NCBI GenBank assembly: GCA_030637655.1 | Contig: DAOWGI010000099.1 | Coordinates: forward strand, 17,414-81,413 | Origin: a candidate division FCPU426 bacterium | GTDB taxonomy: Bacteria; Oederibacteriota; JAAXVQ01; JAUVAV01 | Length of the DNA: 64,000 nt | Direction: 5' to 3' | In this document: in pieces, positions 48,303-57,104 of the stretch | How the letters are laid out: each line of letters begins with the position of its first letter | How positions within the stretch are numbered: the stretch's first letter is position 1 | The notes under the pieces: generated by a model | The model's database searches: none | The model's input: the letters and a program-made list of their open reading frames with translations, nothing else | What the model was told of the DNA's origin: nothing | Position numbers and translations under genes: made by a program

Positions 48303-49111
48303 GGTTTAAAGATACGTACGATATACGCTGCGATAAAAAATATAAAATTCAGAACTACAATCATGGCGCCGGCCGGCACATTCAGCACAAAGGCCAATAA
48401 AATACCTGCCACCACGGAGACCAGGGCTATGCCAACAGACAAAATAAGCGCGGTTCTGAAGGCGCGGCTGATTTGCAATGCTGTGATGGACGGAAAAATG
48501 ATCAAACTGGATACCAGCATGATCCCCACCACTTTAATACCCAGCACAATCGTCACCGCGGAGAGCATGACCAATATGCGGTTGACCCGGCGGGTCTTGA
48601 TGCCCAACACGCGGGCATATTCCTCATCAAAGGTAATGGCAAACAGCTCATGATAAAAAAGCAAAACCAGCACGATAATCACCACGGAAAGCAAAACAGC
48701 GCTCACCGCTTCTGTGGGTGTAATGGCCAGGATATCCCCAAACAGATAGCTGAACAAATCCACATTAAAACCACCGCTCAGGCTGGCCATAAGAACACCG
48801 GCTGCCACGCCAATGGCGGAAACCAGACCAATAGCAGCATCCCCGTAAAAATTGGTATTCTCTGATAAATATAAAATCCCCAAGGATGCCAGCACAGCCA
48901 ATGGAATAGTGACATATATAGGATAAATATTGAGCAGCAACCCCAGTCCAATGGTGGCAAAGGAAAAATGCGCCAGACCTTCACCAATCAAGGATAATTT
49001 GCGCAAGACCAGGAATATACCCAAACAGGCACAGGACACAGCAATGACCGCGCCGGCCAGCAAGGCCCGGTGTACGAATCCATATTGAAAGGCTTCCAGC
49101 AAGAGACTCAT
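48299..49111 (-). CDS. znuB: Zn/Mn ABC transporter permease
   Basis: LSLIGEGLAH, YLFGDIL, FDEEYA, VGIMLVSSL. Confidence 0.88.
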   Translation of the reverse strand: MSLLLEAFQYGFVHRALLAGAVIAVSCACLGIFLVLRKLSLIGEGLAHFSFATIGLGLLLNIYPIYVTIPLAVLASLGILYLSENTNFYGDAAIGLVSAIGVAAGVLMASLSGGFNVDLFSYLFGDILAITPTEAVSAVLLSVVIIVLVLLFYHELFAITFDEEYARVLGIKTRRVNRILVMLSAVTIVLGIKVVGIMLVSSLIIFPSITALQISRAFRTALILSVGIALVSVVAGILLAFVLNVPAGAMIVVLNFIFFIAAYIVRIFKP

Positions 49112-49869
49112 GACCTGTGCTCCTCCTGGTGTTGGTGGCAGATCTGATGTTGGGCAAAGGCCCCGAAATATTTGGTCATCGCCTCTGATTTGCAAAAATC
49201 ATGAAAAGCGCCGTAAAAAATAACCTTGCCATCCAGATACAAAAAGGTGGAAGCATATCTCCCAATGGTATGACTGTCATGGGTAATCAGCAAAATAGTG
49301 GTCTGTTTTTCCTGATTATACTGGCGCAGCACCTGATAAAAATGCTCGCGGGTAGCCGGATCCAAGGCTACACTCGGCTCATCCAGAATAAGCAGCTCCG
49401 GTTGATTGACCAAGGCCCGGGCTAAAAGTACCCGTTGGATCTGTCCCCCGGATAATTGACCGATCATCTTTTTTCCCAGTTCCGTGATCTGCAACATTTC
49501 CAATACCTCAACTATGGCTTGCTGGTCTTTGGTGTGCACGCGCTTGGGAAACATAGGTTTGGCCAAAAGCCCTGAGCCCACAATCTCTTTTACCGTGGCT
49601 GGAAAACCTTGTTTGGCAATATACAAACGCTGGGGCAGATAGCCTACCTTCTGCCAGGCGTTAAATGTCTCCAAGGGCTGCCCGGCAATTTGTATGCTTC
49701 CCTGCGTTCTGGGCAGCAAGCCCAAGAGGGTCTTGATCAGGGTAGTCTTTCCGGAACCATTAGGACCCACAATACCTAAGTAATCACCTGTCTTCACATC
49801 CAGGCTCACTTGGTCCAGAATCGTGATGTTCCTCATTTTTACGGTAATACCCTGGCACGAGATCATCAT
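49108..49869 (-). CDS. znuC: Zn/Mn ABC transporter ATPase
   Basis: GPNGSGKTT, LSGGQ, LILDEP; His-rich tail. Confidence 0.88.
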   Translation of the reverse strand: MMISCQGITVKMRNITILDQVSLDVKTGDYLGIVGPNGSGKTTLIKTLLGLLPRTQGSIQIAGQPLETFNAWQKVGYLPQRLYIAKQGFPATVKEIVGSGLLAKPMFPKRVHTKDQQAIVEVLEMLQITELGKKMIGQLSGGQIQRVLLARALVNQPELLILDEPSVALDPATREHFYQVLRQYNQEKQTTILLITHDSHTIGRYASTFLYLDGKVIFYGAFHDFCKSEAMTKYFGAFAQHQICHQHQEEHRS

Positions 49870-50816
49870 TGTTGATAATCCAATCCGTTTTTTAGTTTCT
49901 CAAGGTTTTCATACATGATGGAGAGATAAGTAACCTGGCGTTGCTGTTCCTGCCGGCTTATGTTATGCGCGCCATGCAGCAATACCATTTGCGCCTTGGT
50001 TTCCCCGGCAATCGCGCGTGCCACCTTGGGTTCAACCAGTTCTTCATAAAATATTACTTTGGTTTTCAACTGCTTCATGATTTTTATCAAACGGGCAATA
50101 TTTCTCGGATTGGGCTGCGCATTGGGCGAAAAATTCTTATAGGGTGTCACGAATTCCAAATTGTACTGCCGGCTGAAATATCCGAACACAAAATGCCCGC
50201 CGTAGATAACCGTCCGCTGCTTGCAATGCTTCAGGGTTTCACGAATAGTCCGGTCCAATTGTTCCAACTCCACACAAAATGCTTCAGCCTGTTTTTGATA
50301 ATACTCCCGGTTTTTTTTATCCTTGCCGGCTGTAGCCGCGGCAATATATTTAACCATTTTCTGTGCCAGCACAGGATCCAGCCAAAAATGCGGGTCCACA
50401 GCATGGTGATGCACATGCTGATCATGGCGCTCAGGTTCCTGTCCTTCACTCCCCCGCAGGTCCGGCAAAACCGCCTGACTGGTATCCACCACTATCAGAT
50501 TATTATCGCGAACACCTTGGAGCATGTCCTCAACCCAAGGTTCCATGTATTTGCCGGTATATATAAATACATCCGCTTTATGAATGCGCACAACATCCCG
50601 GGGTGTGGGCCGGTAACTGTGCGCTTCAGCGCCAGGCGGCAAAAGCAGAACCACCTCAGCTTTTTCCCGGCAAATCCGGCGTGTGAAATCATAGAGTGGA
50701 AAATTGGTAGTAATGATTTTAAGTGGTTCAACTGCTGTAGGAGCTGTAGGGGCAGAACCTGCCCCTACAGCTCCTACAATTAATACCGCAATTATCATAA
50801 TAATACAGAATCGCAT
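49866..50816 (-). CDS. znuA: Zn/Mn ABC substrate-binding protein
   Basis: AEAHSYRP, His loop HVHHH, DPHFWLDP. Confidence 0.88.
   Translation of the reverse strand: MRFCIIMIIAVLIVGAVGAGSAPTAPTAVEPLKIITTNFPLYDFTRRICREKAEVVLLLPPGAEAHSYRPTPRDVVRIHKADVFIYTGKYMEPWVEDMLQGVRDNNLIVVDTSQAVLPDLRGSEGQEPERHDQHVHHHAVDPHFWLDPVLAQKMVKYIAAATAGKDKKNREYYQKQAEAFCVELEQLDRTIRETLKHCKQRTVIYGGHFVFGYFSRQYNLEFVTPYKNFSPNAQPNPRNIARLIKIMKQLKTKVIFYEELVEPKVARAIAGETKAQMVLLHGAHNISRQEQQRQVTYLSIMYENLEKLKNGLDYQQ
50736..50778. repeat. Perfect 20-bp inverted repeat (REP core) inside the znuA CDS
   Basis: TGTAGGAGCTGTAGGGGCAG-AAC-CTGCCCCTACAGCTCCTACA. Confidence 0.85.
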
Positions 50817-50918
50817 TTTACCTGTCCCCCGAAGTTTTCTTTGCCTGCTAATCATTCGCGTTTTTATTATAGGCCTCGACCCCCAATGCTGCCAAGCGAA
50901 TTTGCGAATGATTTTTTG

Positions 50919-51097
50919 GTAACATGTCAGTGAAGCGAAAAAAAGCTAATCCGGATAAACCGAAACCAAAATTAGCCGCCGATGAACGCCGATAAATACA
51001 GATTAAAATTTTTATTATCTCTTAAGCTATAAATATCTGCGTCTATCTGCGTTCATCGGCGGTTAATTTTCTTTCTATTAGTTCACTGATATATTAC
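50919..51097. mobile_element. MITE-like element, GTAAC family, cargo type B
   Basis: TIR GTAACATGTCAGTGAA / TTCACTGATATATTAC; perfect 8-bp TSD ATTTTTTG. Confidence 0.85.
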
Positions 51098-51116
51098 ATT
51101 TTTTGTGGAATTAAGT

Positions 51117-51144
51117 TTGACATGAATATTACTTAAGATATAGT
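51117..51144 (+). promoter_or_regulatory. Candidate sigma70 promoter
   Basis: TTGACA-N16-TATAGT upstream of 51186. Confidence 0.5.
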
Positions 51145-51185
51145 ATGTTATCTTATAAAATATTTTTAAGGGGGGGGTTAAGCAC

Positions 51186-52541
51186 ATGAAGAAATGGTTG
51201 GTGTTACTCTGTATTGGCATTTTTACTCTATCTTTCAGCGGCTGTTCTAAAATCAGTCCCACGTCACCAAGTTCTGGTTCTTCGCAAGGAATGAGGTCAC
51301 TTAGTGTTGGAGAAAGTTATGAATTCGTAACTAAATGGTGCTCACACGCTTGTAGGGGAGTTGCAGTAGATAATGCAGGATATGTTTATGTGACGGACGC
51401 TGATAACCATTGCGTACGAAAATATGATGCAGACGGCGATTTGATAGAGGATTGGGTCTGTAATGGACATTTTGATCTACCCGCTGGAGTTGCAGTGGAT
51501 AATGCAGGAAAAAATATCTATGTGGCTGATCTTCGTAATGATCGCATACAAAAGTTTGATGCAAACGGCAATTTTATAACTGAATGGGGCTCGTATTGGT
51601 CTTTTACTGATGTGACTAGTGATGAGGATGGTGATGGAAAATTTAATCAACCCAGTGGAGTTGCAGTGGATAATGCGGGAAATGTCTATGTGGCTGATCT
51701 TCATAATCATCGCATACAAAAGTTTGATGCAAACGGCAATTTTATAACTAAATGGGGCTCGGAGACGGGCGAGTCGGGGGCTGCTGATGGGGAATTTAAT
51801 CAACCCAGTGGAGTTGCAGTGGATAATGCAGGAAATGTCTATGTGGCTGATCAGGGTAATGATCGCATACAAAAGTTTGATGAAAACGGCGATCATTTAG
51901 CTACATGGGGCTCGGAGGGGAGTCTTGATGGACAATTTAAGGACCCCTTTGGAATTGCAGTGGATAATGCGGGAAATATCTATGTGGCTGATGTACATAA
52001 TTATCGCATACAAAAATTTGATGCAAGCGGCAATTTTATAACTAAATGGGGCTCGGTTGGGGGGCTTGATGGACAATTTTCTCAACCCCTTGGAGTTGCA
52101 GTGGATAATGCGGGAAATGTCTATGTGGCTGATAAACTAAATGATCGCATACAAAAATTTAATAGAACGAATGTTGAAATTTACCCTGGAACCATTAATT
52201 TAAAAAGCAAAGGAAAATACATAAAAGCCTATATAGAATTATCAGAAGGTTATGATGTAAATTATATCAGCTCGGTTAAAATGGAAATGCCTTCAGGAAC
52301 AATCATCCCGGCTGATGCTGATTGGACCCAAGTAGGCGATCATGATGGAGATGGAATAGCGGATTTAATGGTAAAGTTTGATCGGACTCTTATACAAGAC
52401 GGACTATTGCCTGGAAATGTAGAACTTACGGTAAAGGGATGTATTCAGGACATCAATTTTAGTTTTTCGCAGTTTGTGAATGTGATTGATGCCGGTAAGG
52501 AACATTTCAATGAGGAAGATAGTTCATCGATAGTATACTAA
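51186..52541 (+). CDS. NHL-repeat beta-propeller lipoprotein
   Basis: FSGC lipobox; six P.GVAVDNAGNVYVAD..N.RIQKFD repeats; C-terminal domain with DHDGDGIADLMVKFDR. Confidence 0.88.
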   Translation: MKKWLVLLCIGIFTLSFSGCSKISPTSPSSGSSQGMRSLSVGESYEFVTKWCSHACRGVAVDNAGYVYVTDADNHCVRKYDADGDLIEDWVCNGHFDLPAGVAVDNAGKNIYVADLRNDRIQKFDANGNFITEWGSYWSFTDVTSDEDGDGKFNQPSGVAVDNAGNVYVADLHNHRIQKFDANGNFITKWGSETGESGAADGEFNQPSGVAVDNAGNVYVADQGNDRIQKFDENGDHLATWGSEGSLDGQFKDPFGIAVDNAGNIYVADVHNYRIQKFDASGNFITKWGSVGGLDGQFSQPLGVAVDNAGNVYVADKLNDRIQKFNRTNVEIYPGTINLKSKGKYIKAYIELSEGYDVNYISSVKMEMPSGTIIPADADWTQVGDHDGDGIADLMVKFDRTLIQDGLLPGNVELTVKGCIQDINFSFSQFVNVIDAGKEHFNEEDSSSIVY

Positions 52542-52554
52542 TTGTTAGAAATAT

Positions 52555-52594
52555 TTAAACAGGGGCAGTTGAGTAAGCTGCCCCTGTTTATTTT
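52555..52594. terminator. Bidirectional intrinsic terminator
   Basis: TAAACAGGGGCAGTT-GAGT-AAGCTGCCCCTGTTTATTTT between convergent genes. Confidence 0.7.
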
Positions 52595-52653
52595 AAATAA
52601 ATATATTTGTATGTCCCAAATGCCCCGACGGGGTCAGTTTAGCAATCATGTAA

Positions 52654-53451
52654 TTACTTGGGCATATCCGGCGCAAAGCGGATTGTGTCTCTCTCTTCGT
52701 CGATAAACGGCAGGGGCACAGGCGGCTCCTTGGCGAATTCGTAATAGATTTTCATAACGTCCTTAACCGAGAACATGCCGGCATTCGCGTTGAACTGCAC
52801 CTCAGTGACGCGGTGTTGTTGCTCTTGACCCATGCCCGTGCCGGCCCGGGGCGCTGCTTTTGATCGACGCTTAGCAGACGGCTTGGCTCCTCTGGCCGGC
52901 TGGGCCAGGTCAGACCTCACCGCTTTGCCGGAGATGAACGGCTCAGGCGGATGGAGCTCCCGGTCCAACTCCTGGCTGTTCCAGAACCAGGCCACACCAA
53001 TCACTCCCATGTTTTTGCCGTATGGCTTCCCTTCCCGGTCCTCACGCCACTGGGCATAGGCTGCCGTGTCTTCGGTGAACAGAAACTTCCGCAGGGTCTT
53101 TTTGCTGGTCTGCCAGCCCGAGACGGTGATGGAAGAATTCGGCGCGATCATCCATTTTTGTGCGTTCCGGGGGGAGGTGCGCTTGCCATCAATGGAATTG
53201 AGCCCGTCAATAGCCACAGCCACGGCCACTCGCACGGGCAGCGGATTGTGCACCACGATGGAGTATTCCTCATTGGGCCTGACTTTCAGCATAACTTTAT
53301 TACCTTCTTTAAATTCCTTGTAATGTCGTTTGTTGGATTTGACCACATAGGCTTTGAAGTTGTACCCCTGAAATCTTTCTGAATACGCGAAAAGATTGGT
53401 TGAAACCAACATGACTAAAGCGACTGCACCGGCCAGAAAACGGCAAATCAT
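52654..53451 (-). CDS. Secreted hypothetical protein
   Basis: Signal peptide; EYSIVVHNP...AIDGLNSIDG...GWQ...GVIGVA...AGTGMG; GAGGAGG RBS. Confidence 0.75.
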   Translation of the reverse strand: MICRFLAGAVALVMLVSTNLFAYSERFQGYNFKAYVVKSNKRHYKEFKEGNKVMLKVRPNEEYSIVVHNPLPVRVAVAVAIDGLNSIDGKRTSPRNAQKWMIAPNSSITVSGWQTSKKTLRKFLFTEDTAAYAQWREDREGKPYGKNMGVIGVAWFWNSQELDRELHPPEPFISGKAVRSDLAQPARGAKPSAKRRSKAAPRAGTGMGQEQQHRVTEVQFNANAGMFSVKDVMKIYYEFAKEPPVPLPFIDEERDTIRFAPDMPK

Positions 53452-53870
53452 CTGCTCTACCTCCTCAAAATATTTATGTTTAGGCGTTATTGCTTATTTA
53501 TTATCGTCTCGATATATATTCGACTGTATTTAAAATATCCGAAAAAATCAAGCTCCAACCACCTGGAAACCCAGCGATATTCCACTCTTTCATATGACCT
53601 CACCTCCGGTGTCTGTGTACCTCTCGCTGGTTCCTGCCAAATATTTGGATTTGTTCATATGTAATATGATACGAATATGTGCTTCAAAAGGTTACATCTC
53701 GTATTAATTTTTTTTCCATACTGGGAATGCCTGCAACTGATATTCAAATACATTTATTGGATTGGTTTTTTTGAAATGAAGTATACACATTTAATTTAAC
53801 AGAAATGATTATTGCTTACTAGCATTATAGGAGTGTGGATGTTGTCCGTTTATGCTGTGTATTACAGTCT

Positions 53871-54063
53871 AAAAAAGCTCGGGCGCTGGTAGGCGTATTG
53901 GGGTAAACGGCTGGGGATTTACGGAATCAAGATATCGAAATATTTAGGAGTCAGCAATGCCGCAATCAGCTATCTGGTACACCACGGTGAGCAATATACC
54001 AGGGAAAGAGGCGTTAACTTGTTATTTTGCCTGGCGCAAAACCACGTCCCCAAAGTTCACTGA
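53871..54063 (+). pseudogene. Frameshifted C-terminal HTH remnant of a Y1/RAYT-type transposase
   Basis: ARALV/AYWGKRLGI...ISKYLGVSNAAISYLVHHGE with one extra base at about 53892. Confidence 0.4.
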
Positions 54064-54093
54064 AAATGTTATGGGATGCGGGAATATTTTGAT

Positions 54094-54582
54094 CTAGCGT
54101 TTCCAGGTCACCCGTATAAATTTTTCCTCTTCGGCATAATGGAAATCCAGCTCTCCCTCATAGGCACGAAACAATGCTTCCCCGATACGACGAGGGAGAT
54201 GGTTGTCAGTGAAGGTTATTTTTATGCAACCGCGCTCTTCTACAATTTCCATAAGGCGGTGCAAAGGATGCTCCTGCTTAGCGTTGGTTTCCTCATTATG
54301 GCATAAGTTTAATATTTCATCCTTATGTTTGCTCAGGAATTCACCGCTTAAAATCAAAATGCCCGCAGGAAATCCATCCTTGATCCGATGGCAGGCAGGA
54401 CAAATCAATTTATGCGCCCCTAAAGGACTCCGGGCCCATCTCCATCGTCCCTTCTCAAAAACCGCCTGACACTGCGGGCAGACTGTGGGCTCCGGCAATT
54501 TCAGGCACGATTTATAGGCATCATGGGAATATTCTTTTAAGATTCTGTCTTTTCTCTTTCCGTGGGGCGCCCGTCCTTTCAT
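54094..54582 (-). CDS. BCAM0308-family (NMD3-related Zn) protein
   Basis: EPTVCPQCQAVF..GRW.W...CPACHRI.DGFPAG...HPLHR...HLPRRIG. Confidence 0.8.
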   Translation of the reverse strand: MKGRAPHGKRKDRILKEYSHDAYKSCLKLPEPTVCPQCQAVFEKGRWRWARSPLGAHKLICPACHRIKDGFPAGILILSGEFLSKHKDEILNLCHNEETNAKQEHPLHRLMEIVEERGCIKITFTDNHLPRRIGEALFRAYEGELDFHYAEEEKFIRVTWKR

Positions 54583-54686
54583 GATACCCTCCCGGCAGAT
54601 TGAATGATAAAGATGATAGAAAATTGGTTCTCAATAAAAGTTTAACAAAACCCGAAACAGTGTGTCAATGATTAAAAATGTATTGG

Positions 54687-54847
54687 TGGGAATAGGAAGA
54701 GGCATCCTATTCCCCAATCTGTCCCGGCTTATTTCTATTTTAAAATCGCAGTCATTGTGCGACCAGCCGGTCGCCCCTACGTCCGGTTTAAATATTTCAT
54801 TCGCCGGGCGAACATACCCAAAAGACGGGCACAGGCAAGATTTGCCC
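54687..54847 (+). repeat. 161-bp direct repeat, copy 1
   Basis: About 7 mismatches to 56893-57053; built from hairpin/REP modules. Confidence 0.92.
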
Positions 54848-54862
54848 CGGGATTCGGGACAC

Positions 54863-56686
54863 TCACCGTACTATTGCCATCTTCTTAATTGGGAGTTTTT
54901 CTGTTATACCATTGACTTTCAAGCACACTCGATACATATATATTCCAGGTGCAATCCCCGCTGCGTTCCAGTCCATGCTTTGTCCTGGTTGGGCTTGTTG
55001 AAGCTTTGCGATTCTTTCTCCTGCAATACTATAAATACTTATTTCCACTAGCTCTGCCCCTACTTTTTCCCACGCAAATACAATGCGCCCTTTTCCCGGA
55101 TTTGGATACACCATAGTTTGCTTGCCGAGCAAAATCACTCTGGGTGTAGATGTGATGGTGGGTGTAGATGTGATGGTGGGTGTAGATGTGATGGTGGGTG
55201 TAGGAATATAGGTCGGTGTGTCAGGATAGGGAGATCTGCTCATATACGCACTTGAATGTGGCGAATCAGAAGCATTATATCTACCTCCCAGGCTATACAT
55301 CAATCCATTGTATGCTACAACCTTATGACCAGCTACTGGATACTTAAGTAAGTTGTTGTCCATTTCCCAGCATCCTGCATTCGGATATACTGGTATCTGA
55401 CCGGTATTGGAATCCACAGAGCAAAAATACACTGTGGATATTTTCAGTTTCAATTCATTCATGCCACCAATGGAATAAAATTTACCGTTCATAAACACGA
55501 CTTGATGTTCTGCCAGAGCTTCGGGCATAGGAGCAATCAAGGCGGTCCAGCCGGTTAAAGAGCCATCATTATGGATATCCGTATAATATATTGTATTTTG
55601 TGGAGTGCCTGCTGCATTGCGGCCACCAAAAACATAGATACGACCATACGCCACACAGGCGGCGAAGTCGTACAAAGGCATGGGTAAAGCAGCGGTCATT
55701 TTCCAACCTCCGGCTGAAGAACTATAATTAATTGATCCACCCGGATTGGGCCGACAGAACCATACGCGGTTCTCAAAATGACGCGCACTGTCGAGTGGTT
55801 GGTCAGCAGGTGCAGTACCACCACCCCAGTTGGTATTTTCTCTGGAAATACCACCGATAACATAAATATTTCCATTGTGCGATACCACAGAATGCCGAAT
55901 CAGAGGCTGATAAATCGGCAGCGCTGTATTTCCAACATATGCTGCGGAAGGGTCCGGTCCGGCAGAAGAGAGGCCGAACATTGTTCCATAAACATCATAT
56001 TCGTAGGCCGGATCATAAATTGGTATTGGTGCAGTATAGTCAAAGGTACCGGTTCCGCCGGAAAATCCGCCTTGACCAACCTCTTCATATAGTACTATCG
56101 TCTTACCCACTGCACAAGGAAGTGGTGGGACCTGATGATCCAGCTGACCGTCGGCACAGGTAGAGCGCGAAGCGCCATCTGCCCAAATCCAGGCGTTCAT
56201 GGAATTTGCTCCACCCACAACATAGATAGCTCCATTGGCAATAGTGCTGTCATGCATGATGGCTGCCACTGGAATCGATCCTCCGGTATCCGGAGCAGCC
56301 CAATTTTTCAATGATCCATCGCTATCTACTTCAGAATTGTATACTGTTGAATAGGCGGATGGGGCATTCCCCATATCCGCGATACCAAAAGCATAGGCAG
56401 AATAAGTATTCGGTCCACCGCCTATCACAAAAACCGAGGGATTACCTGAAGTAATCCCGGTTGAATCACCAGACAGCGGAACCCTGAGTTCCGCGGAGTG
56501 ACCGGTCCAGATATCGTAGACACTGCCACCGTAAACGGATAAAAATAAAGGTGTGGTTGGTACCCATCTGGTTATCGACCCCACCATCGCTGCATCCATT
56601 TGGTTCTCTTCGGACAAAGCCTGTTTGCCGCAAAATAAAGCTAAACAGACTATTACGGTATAAATAACAGCTGTGCTTTTCAACAT
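54863..56686 (-). CDS. Secreted Kelch-like propeller protein with TPTITS repeats and T9SS-type C-terminal domain
   Basis: Signal peptide; IYVIGG/IYVFGG blades; 18-bp x3 repeat at about 55141-55200; VYPNP...IYSIAGERI...WN...APGIYMY...KMAIVR. Confidence 0.8.
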   Translation of the reverse strand: MLKSTAVIYTVIVCLALFCGKQALSEENQMDAAMVGSITRWVPTTPLFLSVYGGSVYDIWTGHSAELRVPLSGDSTGITSGNPSVFVIGGGPNTYSAYAFGIADMGNAPSAYSTVYNSEVDSDGSLKNWAAPDTGGSIPVAAIMHDSTIANGAIYVVGGANSMNAWIWADGASRSTCADGQLDHQVPPLPCAVGKTIVLYEEVGQGGFSGGTGTFDYTAPIPIYDPAYEYDVYGTMFGLSSAGPDPSAAYVGNTALPIYQPLIRHSVVSHNGNIYVIGGISRENTNWGGGTAPADQPLDSARHFENRVWFCRPNPGGSINYSSSAGGWKMTAALPMPLYDFAACVAYGRIYVFGGRNAAGTPQNTIYYTDIHNDGSLTGWTALIAPMPEALAEHQVVFMNGKFYSIGGMNELKLKISTVYFCSVDSNTGQIPVYPNAGCWEMDNNLLKYPVAGHKVVAYNGLMYSLGGRYNASDSPHSSAYMSRSPYPDTPTYIPTPTITSTPTITSTPTITSTPRVILLGKQTMVYPNPGKGRIVFAWEKVGAELVEISIYSIAGERIAKLQQAQPGQSMDWNAAGIAPGIYMYRVCLKVNGITEKLPIKKMAIVR

Positions 56687-56892
56687 TATTTTAATTACTC
56701 CTTTTTCTCTTCTATTCTGCCTCCCGTTTATCGCCATATAGAATAGACGTTATTCTCTTTAGCTTTATTTCAACAAATCCGGATAATCGGGGTCGTGCTG
56801 ATCTTACCTTAAAAAAAATGACACATCGTTAAGATACACTACGCATCCTCTCATACTCAACCGAATTCTGATAGTTCAAATACGAATGCCCA

Positions 56893-57053
56893 TGGGAATA
56901 GGAAGAGACATCCTATACCCCAATTTGTCCCGGCTTATTTCTATTTTAAAATCGCAGTCATTGGGCGACCAGCCGGTCGCCCCTATGTCCGGTTTAAATA
57001 TTTCATTCGCCGGGCGAACATACCCAAAAGACGGGCACCGGCAAGATTCGCCC
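56893..57053 (+). repeat. 161-bp direct repeat, copy 2
   Basis: Matches 54687-54847. Confidence 0.92.
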
Positions 57054-57104
57054 TTACGTCCATTTTAAAATTTTATTCTTCCGGGCGAACACGGGGGTTC
57101 GCCC

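Noticed and set aside
51350-52160. Long near-identical DNA repeats
   Set aside because: Ordinary coding NHL blades
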